Part shown: positions 1 to 10,263 of the stretch, piece after piece
Position numbering within the stretch: position 1 is the stretch's first letter
Layout of the letters: the number at the start of each line of letters is the position of its first letter
Origin: Thainema sp.
Lineage (GTDB): Bacteria > Cyanobacteriota > Cyanobacteriia > Phormidesmidales > Phormidesmidaceae
Assembly (NCBI GenBank): GCA_052168235.1
Contig: JBQLZK010000069.1
Location: 1 to 35,982 of the forward strand
Reading direction: 5' to 3'
Length of the DNA stretch: 35,982 nt
Position numbers and translations under genes: made by a program
The notes under the pieces: generated by a model
What the model was told of the DNA's origin: nothing
What the model saw: the letters and a program-made list of their open reading frames with translations, nothing else
Database searches by the model: none

Positions 1-44
1 GTGTGGCTTTTCCTCTACATTGATCGTACCTTGCCCATTCAGGA

Positions 45-132
45 ATCGCTATAAACCAAATCCAGGTTGAAAAGTGGAGTTTTCTCTGCAGGGAAAACTC
101 CACTTTTCAACCCTATTGAGGTTTATAGCGAT
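45..132. repeat. Long inverted repeat / MITE-like palindromic element
   Basis: Outer arms ATCGCTATAAACC (45-57) / GGTTTATAGCGAT (120-132); perfect 20-bp inner arms at 65-84 and 93-112. Confidence 0.8.
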
Positions 133-146
133 AGTCATATTGGTTA

Positions 147-189
147 GGACGTTGTTGTGGCGCGACAGTGCCGCGCCACAACAACGTCC
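147..189. repeat. 18-bp perfect inverted repeat just downstream of cls (repeat element or terminator)
   Basis: GGACGTTGTTGTGGCGCG (147-164) / CGCGCCACAACAACGTCC (172-189). Confidence 0.7.
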
Positions 190-220
190 GTATCCTAAAC
201 TTAGCTAGCTACAGCTATAA

Positions 221-1660
221 CTATTGCAGAGGGGCCAGTAGTTGCGCCGCCCGGACAGATAACCGGAACCATAATGGTTGGCGCTCGAAGCTGTATAAAT
301 CAACCTCATGGGACTGCTCCAGGTCGGTTAGCAACATCTGTTCAACCTGCCGAAGTCCTTTACCGTTGGTCATGTAGGCCATTACTTCAAAATTGAGGTG
401 AAAGGAGCGGTTATCTAAGTTCACCGTACCCACACCTGCGATAATATCGTCCACCAAAAGCGCTTTTTGGTGCATAAAGCCCGTTTTGTAGCGATACAGC
501 TTGATGCCCGTTTCTCGCAGCTCAGCATAGTAGGCAAATGAGCACAGGTAGACAATTAAATGGTCGGGGCTATCGGGCAGGAGAATGCGAACATCGACAC
601 CGCGCAGAGCGGCCATCTTCAGGGCTGCTAGGGTTGGTTCATCGGGGACGAAGTAAGGTGTGGCGATCCAAATCCGAGACCGAGCCAAGCAAAAGATACT
701 GCTAAAGAACAGCGTACAGGTTTGTAGGGTGTCGTTGGGGCCAGAAGGCAGAATCAAGATAGCTTCATTGCTGTGACGGTCGGGCTGCACATTCCAGCGC
801 GTTTCAGGAATTTTACCCGTTGCCCAGTACCAATCTTTGAGAAACGAAACTTGTAGACATTCCACAGAAGGGCCACGCAGGCTGAGATGGGTGTCTCGCC
901 ATTTGCCGAATTTGGGGTCTTTGCCCACATACTCATCGCCAATATTTAATCCGCCCGTAAATGCGATCGCACCATCAACAACCACAATTTTGCGGTGATT
1001 GCGAAAGTTGATTTGAAAGGGATTGCCCCTCCCCTTCGTGGATCTAAACTTACAGACTTGAACCCCGCTATTGCTCAGCTCATTAAGATAGCGGCGGGTG
1101 AGCCGACTAGAACCAATGCCGTCGTATAGGACATACACCTGCACCCCCTGCCGCGCTTTTTCCGTTAATGCCCGCAGAAAGCGGCGGCCACTGTCGTCGT
1201 CGTGAATAATATAGAACTGAAACAAAATATAGTCTTGCGCTTGAGCGATCGCGGCCAAAATGGCCGCATAGGTTTGCTCTCCGTCCACCAGTAGCTCAGT
1301 CTGATTCCCAGACGTAAAGGGCACCTCAGCCAGAGTTTGCACCGTTTTCTTCAGAGCCGACAGCTCTGGCGGCAGAGCATCAAGATAAGGAAAAAGATTT
1401 TGAACAATGGTCAGGGTACGTTCTTCATATCGGCTGTAGGCTTGGCGAATGGCGTCGGTATAGCCCCTAAATTTACTTTGGCCTAACGTCCAATACAGCG
1501 GAATGGCGATCCACGGAAAGGTGATCAGGCTGATGCTCCAGGCCGTTGCACTCTGAGATAGTCGCACGTGCATCACAGCATGGGCAGCATTGAGCACCCC
1601 TAGCAGATGCACGGCGATTACAATCAAACCAAAGAGCGTAATGTCTTGCAGCCAATTCAT
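221..1660 (-). CDS. cls: Cardiolipin synthase (phospholipase D family)
   Basis: Two N-terminal TM helices; two HKD motifs (NHRKIVVVDG...GGLNIG and HQKALLVDD...GTVNLD); ATPYFVPD motif; 479 aa. Confidence 0.95.
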   Translation of the reverse strand: MNWLQDITLFGLIVIAVHLLGVLNAAHAVMHVRLSQSATAWSISLITFPWIAIPLYWTLGQSKFRGYTDAIRQAYSRYEERTLTIVQNLFPYLDALPPELSALKKTVQTLAEVPFTSGNQTELLVDGEQTYAAILAAIAQAQDYILFQFYIIHDDDSGRRFLRALTEKARQGVQVYVLYDGIGSSRLTRRYLNELSNSGVQVCKFRSTKGRGNPFQINFRNHRKIVVVDGAIAFTGGLNIGDEYVGKDPKFGKWRDTHLSLRGPSVECLQVSFLKDWYWATGKIPETRWNVQPDRHSNEAILILPSGPNDTLQTCTLFFSSIFCLARSRIWIATPYFVPDEPTLAALKMAALRGVDVRILLPDSPDHLIVYLCSFAYYAELRETGIKLYRYKTGFMHQKALLVDDIIAGVGTVNLDNRSFHLNFEVMAYMTNGKGLRQVEQMLLTDLEQSHEVDLYSFERQPLWFRLSVRAAQLLAPLQ

Positions 1661-1745
1661 CTTTCGCGATCGCAGATAGTCAACAAGGATACTGTGTTCA
1701 GAACAGTATCCTAGAATTAGCAGCCGGAAAGCCGAAAAGCGTTGA

Positions 1746-3143
1746 TTACTTTAAGGTGGCCTGACACGCACTAAATGGTTCTCGCACGAAATAGAGCGCA
1801 TCGCGTCCCTGGACTGTCATCCCTCCTTGATTCCAGGTGCCCCAGCGCGTGACGTACTTCTTGCCGTCCCGCTGCTCAATTGCCACCGTAAAACCATTCC
1901 GTAGCTCTCGATAACAGCCATCAAGATTGGAGAGCGTCACATCCAGCGTCGGCCTGCTAAACAGGTCTATGCCCTTATTCTCAACCAAAAATCCCTCTGT
2001 GCCTCGCTCCATCAGTAGAATAGTCGGACTGTCGATCACCCGTAGAATATTTTCCGCCACGTTTTTACCTTCTCTACCGCGCTGATTCATAATCTGGCGA
2101 AACTTGACGCCATAGGGAATATAGGGCGCATTGATGTTATCGGCATTGAAAACCAGCGGGGTACCTGCTTGGCGGGCCAGCACGTAGGCTGTCGCCAAGT
2201 AAGCATCGATCACGTCATCATAGGGATTAATCGCGTTTTCATTTAGGGCGCGAATTGTGTCGTGGTTCTGCCCAAACGTAACGCTGCGTGGGTCATTGAC
2301 GGCATTGGCAGGTAGCGATCGCAGATCGCCACCAAAGGTAAAGGCAGTTTTTAGCGAGTTGTACAGCACAAAGTCGGTGACGGCTGCAACTTGGTTGTAA
2401 TCTTCAGCTCGCGTATCACCATCGGTAATCACTTCCAGGTAGTTCCAAGCGCTACCGCTGCTTTCTTGATTGATATAGTCAAGATACTCTTGCAGCACGT
2501 CAGCGGGAATGTGCTTGGCCGCATCAAACCGGAAGCCATCAACGCCTAAGTCAAGCAGCGTCTTGAGATGAGCTTTTTGCAGCGCTTTGACGGTGTCGGT
2601 AAATTTCAAGTCCGGTAAGCCGCCTAACCAGCAGTTTAGTTCTGACTCCCGATTGCCGTCGCTATAGTTGATGTCGCAAGGCTTCTGGCCGAGATTATCA
2701 CTGACCGTATTGAAATCATTGGGTGATAGGTCGGGAAACTGCGTCAGATCTTCAAATCCTTCATCCGCATCCAGATTGGCCATGTGGTTAAATACCACGT
2801 CTGCAATCACCTTAACTTGGCAACCATGAGCCGTGCTGATCATCTGCTGAAGATCAGTCGCAGAGCCAAGTCCCTCGATCACGCTGTAGTCAATCGGCTG
2901 GTAGCGCTTCCACCATTCAGCACCAGGATTAGATTGCTGAGCAGGAGAAATTTGGACATGGGAATAGCCCTGATCCGCTAGCTGGCAAACGAACGTCTCG
3001 ATCTCACTATAGTTTTGATTAAATGCGTGAAAAATTGCCGTCGGCTGTTCTGGGGTGGTAGCCGTTGCCTGCAACTGCGTAATTGACAATGCAACCAGCA
3101 CGACAATCAGAAGAAACCGTCTGATAGAACTTCGTTTAAACAC
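1746..3143 (-). CDS. Secreted alpha-amylase family glycoside hydrolase (GH13)
   Basis: Signal peptide; GH13 motifs WWKRYQP, DVVFNH, GFRFDAAKHI, YLEVI and NHD. Confidence 0.9.
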   Translation of the reverse strand: MFKRSSIRRFLLIVVLVALSITQLQATATTPEQPTAIFHAFNQNYSEIETFVCQLADQGYSHVQISPAQQSNPGAEWWKRYQPIDYSVIEGLGSATDLQQMISTAHGCQVKVIADVVFNHMANLDADEGFEDLTQFPDLSPNDFNTVSDNLGQKPCDINYSDGNRESELNCWLGGLPDLKFTDTVKALQKAHLKTLLDLGVDGFRFDAAKHIPADVLQEYLDYINQESSGSAWNYLEVITDGDTRAEDYNQVAAVTDFVLYNSLKTAFTFGGDLRSLPANAVNDPRSVTFGQNHDTIRALNENAINPYDDVIDAYLATAYVLARQAGTPLVFNADNINAPYIPYGVKFRQIMNQRGREGKNVAENILRVIDSPTILLMERGTEGFLVENKGIDLFSRPTLDVTLSNLDGCYRELRNGFTVAIEQRDGKKYVTRWGTWNQGGMTVQGRDALYFVREPFSACQATLK

Positions 3144-3372
3144 TTGCCGAAAGCCTCCTGCCGTTTGGGTTTAACGTACACACGGTAGAGATCTTCAGAC
3201 AATAGCTTTCTGCGAGATTGCTGTTAGACTTCTATTGCTGTTTAAGGTCTACCCAATGCGCCATTAAAGTTGAACTAATAAGAGGCCGCAATACGCTGAG
3301 GGACAGTTACAGCAGTGGCTAATCATGAATTTTCTACTTAAAAATTGTCCTGCTATTTAATAGAGCTACATA

Positions 3373-3435
3373 AAACCCAACTTATTTTTGTGAGCGGCTT
3401 GCCTAGCAAGCCGCTCACAAAAATAAATTGGGTTT
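3373..3435. repeat. Long near-perfect palindrome between genes (repeat element or terminator)
   Basis: AAACCCAAcTTATTTTTGTGAGCGGCTTGC-cta-GCAAGCCGCTCACAAAAATAAaTTGGGTTT. Confidence 0.75.
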
Positions 3436-3489
3436 CAAAGGGACTTCAAACAGCTAAGCCATGCTGATTTCACAGCACGAGCGTTGAGA

Positions 3490-4194
3490 TTACCCTCTCG
3501 CCTGTGCCACATCAATAAAGGCTTCCCAGGTGTTCTCACCCACAATGCCATCGGCACTTAAATTCACGTACGGGCCTTGAAACGCTAGGACAGCCTCACG
3601 GGTACTCGATCCGTAGATGCCATCCACAGCACCTGCATAGTAGTTATTCTCTTTGAGAAAAGCTTGAACCGCTTCCACCGCAGGCCCACGTGTACCGTAA
3701 GCCAATGTTGGGGCAGTGGCTGGACTGTATTCTGTGACAGCACTTTCACCGATATCAGGTGACGTGCGGTTATACGCGTCTAGCAGTGCTTCCCAGGTAT
3801 TCTCGCCCACGATGCCATCGGCTGAGAGATTGCGCGATCGCTGAAAGGTAATTACCGAAGAAGCCGTTCTGGAGCCATAGATACCATCAATGACACCGTT
3901 GTAGAAGCCTTGCTCCTGAAGGAGTGACTGCACATTTTCTACAGCGTCACCGCTGCGACCCTGATACAAAACAGGGGCAGTCGCTGGAGCATATTCATCT
4001 AAATTGGCTGCTCCAGTGCGGTCGTCATCCCCCAAGTATTCAAGATCGTTGTCGCCAGATGGAGTCTGGGCCACCGCCATTTGAGGAACTGCGATCGCAG
4101 GTGCAACAAACAGAGCTGAGGCTAATCCCAATTTCGCCAAACCAGTTTTCAAGCTGTTTTTTATTGAGTGAGGTGCGAGGGTTCGCATAATCAT
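3490..4194 (-). CDS. Exported protein with two peptidoglycan-binding (PG_binding_1) domains
   Basis: Two repeats of G.AV..VQ..L....Y.G..DG.YG..T...V..FQ....L.ADG.VG..TW; signal-like N-terminus. Start moved to ATG 4194, which follows AGGAGG. Confidence 0.9.
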   Translation of the reverse strand: MIMRTLAPHSIKNSLKTGLAKLGLASALFVAPAIAVPQMAVAQTPSGDNDLEYLGDDDRTGAANLDEYAPATAPVLYQGRSGDAVENVQSLLQEQGFYNGVIDGIYGSRTASSVITFQRSRNLSADGIVGENTWEALLDAYNRTSPDIGESAVTEYSPATAPTLAYGTRGPAVEAVQAFLKENNYYAGAVDGIYGSSTREAVLAFQGPYVNLSADGIVGENTWEAFIDVAQARG

Positions 4195-4413
4195 GATGCG
4201 TTCCTCCTTACATGCGTCCGAGTGCTTATTGAGTTTAAGCACTAAAAATCAAAGTTTGCTTTTTCTTCGAATGTTCTAAATAGTCAAGCAAGCTAAATTC
4301 CTACTTTCTAGTCTTGCGTAATTTTCAACTATCACCATCCTGCTAAAGTGCAGTTCATACTTACTCTAAAGTCCTGTACTAAAAGATTTACCTTTAAGAA
4401 CAGCTAATTGCTT

Positions 4414-4427
4414 GTATGCCCTTATAC
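4414..4427. promoter_or_regulatory. Candidate NtcA box (GTA-N8-TAC)
   Basis: tGTA-TGCCCTTA-TAC in the divergent intergenic region. The motif is short and could occur by chance. Confidence 0.35.
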
Positions 4428-4674
4428 GCTGTATCTTGGCTCTTATATCCCAAATAGTTGCCAGCTAAAGCAAAGGTAACTACCTTTAGATACAAAAACT
4501 AAATATGTACAGCTTTTTGCATATTTCAAAAGGCGTAAATTCGCATAATCAGTAGAAGATCATTCATTTTAGCTGGAGCAGAAAAAAGATTTATTTCTGT
4601 TGCGCTTACCAAACCTTTAGCAGAGATATATGGCAATTTGAATAGTAAGAATATTATTAGATTTAGAGGCAATT

Positions 4675-4896
4675 ATGGCTAACTCAGAACAGGCACGGGA
4701 AAACCAGGCAAAAGAACGTCAGCATGATAAACATCTGCACGATACGATGCGGCAACGAAGCCAAGCTGAAATTCATCAAGCTGAGGCTGATGGAACGGTT
4801 TCGGAGCAGGCTCGTGAAAATGTCAATCAGCACCGACACCAGACGGATCATCTACAACAAACTATGCGAGAACGTTCTGAAGAAGAAATGAAGTAA
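4675..4896 (+). CDS. Small hydrophilic protein with two tandem IF7/GifA-like repeats
   Basis: AGAGG RBS; internal duplication SEQAREN-x14-M-x2-R-S-x2-E, with spacing matching the N-terminus of glutamine synthetase inactivating factor IF7 as recalled. Confidence 0.7.
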   Translation: MANSEQARENQAKERQHDKHLHDTMRQRSQAEIHQAEADGTVSEQARENVNQHRHQTDHLQQTMRERSEEEMK

Positions 4897-4989
4897 ATCC
4901 AGATTTTCACTAGAACTCAGAAGAGGCAGCGTATCGCCGCATCTTCTGGGTTTCTGCTTTGGCAGCGCAAAATCACTAATCGATATCAA

Positions 4990-5766
4990 TCAGGTTGAGG
5001 TATAAAACTCTACTACCATTGGTGCATGGTCAGATGAGATTAAATCTGGAATCACTACGGCACTACTCGGTTTAACCATTAACCCTCGATAAAAAATGTG
5101 ATCTAGCGGATGAGAAAACAGAAAGCGCTTCAGATATTGATGATGCTCATCTGTAAATTGCACCGACACAAGTCCCAGCCGAGTCGCTAACTCCGTCAGC
5201 AAATCCATGCGGCCAAAGTGCCAGGTGTTGAAGTCGCCCGAAAGAATAATTGGCCCTTGATGATGTGCGATCGCATTTTCTAACTGGTAAAGCTGGGACT
5301 CAAATTTAGCTGTGCTGACAAAATTGATGCCGTGCATATTCACTCCCATCAGGGTTTGAGCCATGCCTGCCAGCGGATATTCGGTGATCAACGCCACCTT
5401 TGGAATGTTAAAAAACGGTTCAAAATGCTCAGTTAACAGACTTTGCCAGGACGCTGCATTAGCCTCGGCTGCCGTCAGAACGCCAAAGTGAGTTTGCAGA
5501 AACGGAGTTTGAAAATTAGGCGCAAAGTGCCAGCCTGCTTGTGAATTTGGAATCGGCGATCGCTGAGCCACAACGCGAGCTTCCTGCAAAAACAGCAAAT
5601 TGGGTGTGTACTGCCGCGCAATCGACTGGAAATCTTGCCGCCATTGGGATTGGTGATTATTTTTGGCAACATTCCAGTTCAACACCCGGATCGAACGTCC
5701 ATCCAGGGCCAACTGCGTTCCCGGCTGATGCTGAATAATTGTTTCAGTCGCCTTAAACAGATTCAT
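4990..5766 (-). CDS. Endonuclease/exonuclease/phosphatase (EEP) family protein, YafD-like
   Basis: VLNWNV, LFLQE, NMHGINF, SGDFN, LDHIF and SSDHAP motifs. Confidence 0.9.
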   Translation of the reverse strand: MNLFKATETIIQHQPGTQLALDGRSIRVLNWNVAKNNHQSQWRQDFQSIARQYTPNLLFLQEARVVAQRSPIPNSQAGWHFAPNFQTPFLQTHFGVLTAAEANAASWQSLLTEHFEPFFNIPKVALITEYPLAGMAQTLMGVNMHGINFVSTAKFESQLYQLENAIAHHQGPIILSGDFNTWHFGRMDLLTELATRLGLVSVQFTDEHHQYLKRFLFSHPLDHIFYRGLMVKPSSAVVIPDLISSDHAPMVVEFYTST

Positions 5767-5911
5767 GGCTCTATTCTCACATCTCGCACCAAATCAGATC
5801 ATCACGTGATCACCCATCTAGCCCTTTACTTATCCACCTACTCTCCCGTACCCATCCACTCATCCACCATCAACTATCGACTCATCTATAGGCCAAATTG
5901 CAGAATTGATA

Positions 5912-6502
5912 TTACTCAATACCGGGAGGTACACGCTCTTCCGGCGATAGTTCCCGAATCACGCGACAGGGATTGCCCGCTGCAAAAACATTGGGCGGCA
6001 CATCTCGCGTCACCACGCTGCCTGCCCCAATCGTACTGCCATCGCCAATCCGAACGCCTGGACAGATAATCGCTCGGCCACCAATCCAAACGTCATCACC
6101 AATCGAGACGGGAGCCGCTAGCTCTAATCCTGTACGGCGAATCGACACGCTCAAGGGATGATAAGCCGCATAGATATGCACCCCAGGGGCCAACATCACG
6201 TTATTACCAAATTCCACGCGATTACAGTCCAGAATCACGCAGTCGTAGTTCATGTAGAGATTGTCCTTAGCAAAAATATGACGGCCGTAGTCGCAGCGAA
6301 AGTTTGGCTGAATCACTGGATTTGCGCCCACTTCACCAAACAGGCTGCGAATCAGTTCCTGGCGTAAAGCAAGCTCATCGGGTGCAGTTGCGTTGAAGCG
6401 ATACAGCAACCGCTGCACCTGGAGATACATCTCATACAGTTCTGGATCGCTGGCTAGATACAGCTCATTCGCCAGCATTTTTTCCCGTTCAGTTTTGTCC
6501 AT
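5912..6502 (-). CDS. maa: Sugar (maltose/galactoside) O-acetyltransferase
   Basis: TEREKML N-terminal domain, F.CDYG motif, hexapeptide repeats IGDDVWIGG...IGAGSVVTRDVP, and AGNP. Confidence 0.88.
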   Translation of the reverse strand: MDKTEREKMLANELYLASDPELYEMYLQVQRLLYRFNATAPDELALRQELIRSLFGEVGANPVIQPNFRCDYGRHIFAKDNLYMNYDCVILDCNRVEFGNNVMLAPGVHIYAAYHPLSVSIRRTGLELAAPVSIGDDVWIGGRAIICPGVRIGDGSTIGAGSVVTRDVPPNVFAAGNPCRVIRELSPEERVPPGIE

Positions 6503-6650
6503 CGGATCACGTTCCTTTGCATTGAGTAGCGCTGAATTGAGCGGGTGAGTGCTGTCTAATCCTACGGTATATCAAGGCTTAGAGAATGAGCTGTCTTACC
6601 TTATCTCTTATAAGCTAGCCACTCAGATTTCAGCAGGACATCGCCTCACC

Positions 6651-6678
6651 GTAGGGTGCATTCGCGCAGCAATGCACC
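6651..6678. repeat. GTAG-type REP-like hairpin
   Basis: GTAG followed by GGTGCATT-cgcgcagc-AATGCACC. Confidence 0.6.
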
Positions 6679-6703
6679 ACTGAATGAGTAGCCAAAACAA
6701 GTA

Positions 6704-6718
6704 TGATAATCATTCTCA
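6704..6718. promoter_or_regulatory. Zur box upstream of the Zn-binding lipoprotein
   Basis: TGATAATCATTCTCA, one mismatch to the cyanobacterial Zur consensus TGATAATnATTATCA; followed by a -10-like TGcTACACT. Confidence 0.75.
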
Positions 6719-6953
6719 TTTTGTGCTACACTTCACTGAGTAATCACCCCAAATATGCGCTGTGTAAAGACACTTTTGTTTTGCAAATCTTGATTTCAAC
6801 TCAGTACGTATCGGCTAAATCTGCCCTCTCACTTAGGTTCTGGGAGTTGAACCAGGATTAGGGGAAACGTTGCCCCACAGGGCGTGAATTACTACAAAAT
6901 GATGATGGGCGTTGCCATTCTGCACAATTAGACATGATTCAGGCGTGGACAAT

Positions 6954-8051
6954 ATGTGGCGATCTTTCTATCGAAATGCTGGATTAAAAGTGGGTATCGC
7001 GATTCTGCCGTTCACGCTGGGACTGGCAGGCTGTGGTGATTTATCTTCGAACACGCCATCTAATTCCACCAGTGACAATTCACAGCCACAGGTTGAAGCA
7101 GAGGTGCCAACCGTTGTTGCTACCAACGGCATCCTGTGCGACTTAACGCAGCAAATTGCGCAAGATACGGTGGAACTAACCTGCTTGCTTGAACCCGGCC
7201 AAGATCCTCATACCTTTGCGCCTTCTCCATCAGCAGTACGCGCCATTGAAGAGGCTGATTTGGTGCTGTACGGGGGCTACGATTTTCAGCCCAAAATTCA
7301 GGGTATGATCAAAGCGTCGCTGTATAAAGTTGCCGTCTTCGAAGCCGCTGTACCGAATCCACGTATGGCCGATCCCCACAGTCATGATCATGATCATAGT
7401 CATGAAGGTGAGCACGACCATGAACACGATCATGATCATGCCCATGACGATGCTGCCGAGGGAGATCAGGCAGAGCAGGCCAATGCAGGCGACCAAGTGC
7501 CCGATCCCCATGTGTGGCATGATGCAGTTTATGGTGCGGCATTAGTAGATGAAATTGCCGCGCGTTTGGCCGAAGCGACACCAGATGAAGCTGAACAGTA
7601 TCAAGAGCGGGCCGCTGTGATTCGCCAGGAGTTGACGGATATCGACCAGTGGATTCAAGCTCAAATCAACACGATTCCGGAGAGTAATCGGCTGCTGCTC
7701 ACGACTCATGATTCATTTGGCTACTATGCTGATGCCTATGGTTTGACAGTCGCGGGTGCCCTCAGTGGTTTGAGTACTGAGGAAAAACCGTCGGCGAATC
7801 GGCTGACGGAAATTGTGGATCAGGTGAAACAGGCTCAGGTACCTGCCATTTTTGCCGAAACCACGACTAGCCCCGATTTAATCAACACGGTGGCGCAAAA
7901 TGCAGGCGTAACCGTTGCCGAGACGCCGCTGTTTGTTGAAGGTCCCGGTGGAGCTGGCGCAGAAGCTGAAACCTATCAAGAAATGCTGATTGTCAATACC
8001 TGTACGATCGCAACTGCACTGGGTGGCAATTGCGATCGCAACTCCCTGTAA
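6954..8051 (+). CDS. znuA: Metal (Zn) ABC transporter substrate-binding lipoprotein, ZnuA/TroA family
   Basis: Lipobox LAGC; DPHTF, DPHVW and THDSFGY motifs; long His/Asp-rich loop; upstream Zur box. Start at ATG 6954 preferred over TTG 6912. Confidence 0.85.
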   Translation: MWRSFYRNAGLKVGIAILPFTLGLAGCGDLSSNTPSNSTSDNSQPQVEAEVPTVVATNGILCDLTQQIAQDTVELTCLLEPGQDPHTFAPSPSAVRAIEEADLVLYGGYDFQPKIQGMIKASLYKVAVFEAAVPNPRMADPHSHDHDHSHEGEHDHEHDHDHAHDDAAEGDQAEQANAGDQVPDPHVWHDAVYGAALVDEIAARLAEATPDEAEQYQERAAVIRQELTDIDQWIQAQINTIPESNRLLLTTHDSFGYYADAYGLTVAGALSGLSTEEKPSANRLTEIVDQVKQAQVPAIFAETTTSPDLINTVAQNAGVTVAETPLFVEGPGGAGAEAETYQEMLIVNTCTIATALGGNCDRNSL

Positions 8052-8054
8052 TCT

Positions 8055-8753
8055 CTAAGCTGTTCCCGGCTGGATGGCCGGAAATACAACTACATCACGG
8101 CACTGTTCTCCGGACGTAAACTCGATCAGTTCAGCTAGGGCAGTGCGGGGATTGGCGGTGCGGCCATTGGGCAAAACTGCTCCCCAAACTTCAACTTCGA
8201 TGATGATGGCCCGGCAGAGCTTAGCACTCCGGAGATCCGCAGAGGTTAAATCAGTCTGTTCTAGCATAGCTCCCAACAGTTCTGCACGGTAAAGCGTAGC
8301 GCGCTTCAAATTGGTATAGCGGAGCCGCACACCACCCATACGAGCTTGGCTGAAGTTAGCAGCTTGGCAATCGGCCCGATCCAAATTAGCTAGCGCCATA
8401 TCCGCTTGACAGAAGATGGCGTTCTGAAGCTGGCAGCGGCTTAAATCGGCTTTAATCAAATTAGCTCGGCTAAAATCAGCGGCATAGAGATTGGCACCGC
8501 TGAGATTCGCGCCATTCAAATCAGCACCGCTTAAGTTCGCATTCTGCAACTTAGCACCGCGAAAATTGGCATCGTTTAGGCGAGCACCACTTAAATCCGC
8601 ATTGCTTAGATTAGTGCCATTGAAATCAAATCCACTCCAATCGGTTCCACTCCAGTCCACACGGTTCAAATCTAGCCCGCTAAAGTCTCTATTTTGCAGG
8701 GCTTTAGCGAGCAAGTCTCCGCCGAGACGATTAATTGGGTTATTGAAGGTCAT
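8055..8753 (-). CDS. Pentapeptide repeat protein
   Basis: About 30 A(D/N)LxX repeats, ending in the typical GAVLPNG. Confidence 0.93.
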   Translation of the reverse strand: MTFNNPINRLGGDLLAKALQNRDFSGLDLNRVDWSGTDWSGFDFNGTNLSNADLSGARLNDANFRGAKLQNANLSGADLNGANLSGANLYAADFSRANLIKADLSRCQLQNAIFCQADMALANLDRADCQAANFSQARMGGVRLRYTNLKRATLYRAELLGAMLEQTDLTSADLRSAKLCRAIIIEVEVWGAVLPNGRTANPRTALAELIEFTSGEQCRDVVVFPAIQPGTA

Positions 8754-9900
8754 TACACCTGATCTCCACTAATGTTGCGATTGGGGGTTATCGAAAAGGG
8801 AGATTGAATCAGGCTGGAATTGATTGCTCGCCTGGATCGCGCGATATCAAATTCGTGTATGAGAACCCGATTTATTTTCATGAAAATAAATGATGGGTTT
8901 TCTACCGGATTTCATATGACTAATGATCCAGGCGCGTCTTGTCCTTGGAGAAACGATGGTTGATGGCTAGGAAAGTTAACTAGATTTAGATGCGCCCATA
9001 ACTCTAGGTACAAGACCGAAATCCATTGATTTCAATCTCGATATTGGTCAAACGAGCTAAAACAGACATATTGAATCGTTGTGTTGGTGATGTCTGGTGA
9101 AATGCGGCTGTTGACTGCTCAAATTGAGATGCTCGTGAATGACTCAGATGTGATTTGCTGAGAATTCCGTGTGAGCAGCGTCAGTTTGAACGTGAAAAAT
9201 TCGTTCTGCATAAGAATACGGAAACAAGAGATACAGCGAAGAAGCTTATTCTCACTGCTCGATAGGGATCAATAGGGCAATGTATCCTAATGCAGACCAA
9301 TTTTCGACAGCAGCACTGGTGAATTCAATGTTGAAATCATTGCATGAATCCTTACAATCTCAAACACCAATAGTTCAAACTTACGAATTGCCGATTTAGG
9401 GAAAATATGAACTGCGATCGCAGCTTATAGCTGGGGTCAAACACCCCAAATGCGATCGCACTTATCTCATTTAGTAGCAAAGATAACTAAATTAGCGCAA
9501 TTTCTGATTCGAAAATTAACTACTTGCCTGGAGGAATGTTGGTTAAAATCTAACCAAATAAAAACGGTAGATTTATTAAGGCAGCGAAAATACGTATTTC
9601 TTAAAATTTAGCTGAATCAAATTCCAATAATGGACATCAATCTTAACATTTGATGGATGTATGACTTTGGCTTTCTCTCAGGTAGCTGATTGACACAGTA
9701 AAATGTTGATTTTTGTAAACTAATTGTGTGATTTTCTCAAAAGGCATGTTTGGAGAAGCCATATAGTAATCGCTATCTATAAAAGGTTTAATTTCGCCTT
9801 GCTATATAGCATAGTGCATATTATGCTATTGAGTATTTTACCTGATTCAGTATCATGTTTAGAGAACTTTAGTTGCTACTTAAAATAATGGAGACCAAAA

Positions 9901-10263
9901 ATGAAAGCTATTTATATCGTTCTTATTATTTCTATTGCACTTGTTGCAATGATATTTATACTACGAGATCGAATTACGTTTTTCTCAGTAGGTGGATCAG
10001 GCCAACGCGGAAACAATAAACTGCAAGGCCGAATTGGAGTGAAGGCAAAAACTCCGTATGATCGGGATGAAGAGGCATTTTCTGTAGTCTTTAAAGGTAA
10101 TAGATATCAAGTAGGTGGAGGAGAGACTAACATTCGTCGAGATAAGGTGAAATTTGAAAATAATGAGGTGTATGGAAACCACAACTTTAATATTGAAGAG
10201 CCAAACCATCAACCCAAGCTAACTGATTCTGACAGAGGTACAGATTTACCTGAGAATCTATGA
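9901..10263 (+). CDS. Small single-TM protein with two Asn/Gly-rich beta-repeats (hypothetical)
   Basis: GGAG RBS; hydrophobic residues 3-21; stop overlaps the next start (ATGA). Confidence 0.75.
   Translation: MKAIYIVLIISIALVAMIFILRDRITFFSVGGSGQRGNNKLQGRIGVKAKTPYDRDEEAFSVVFKGNRYQVGGGETNIRRDKVKFENNEVYGNHNFNIEEPNHQPKLTDSDRGTDLPENL

Noticed and set aside
4195..4674. Glutamine (glnA) riboswitch near the IF7-like gene
   Set aside because: GGAACGC occurs only on the opposite strand as part of an RBS, and the matching 5' CGTTC and GGAAGTA core are absent.
7375..7450. CATGAT-type tandem repeats
   Set aside because: They simply encode the His/Asp-rich loop typical of ZnuA proteins.
8900..9400. Several 17-30 aa minus-strand ORFs, considered as PatS/PatX-like peptides beside a pentapeptide gene
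   Set aside because: No RG(S/T)GR motif or signal peptide seen; lengths are within chance expectation.
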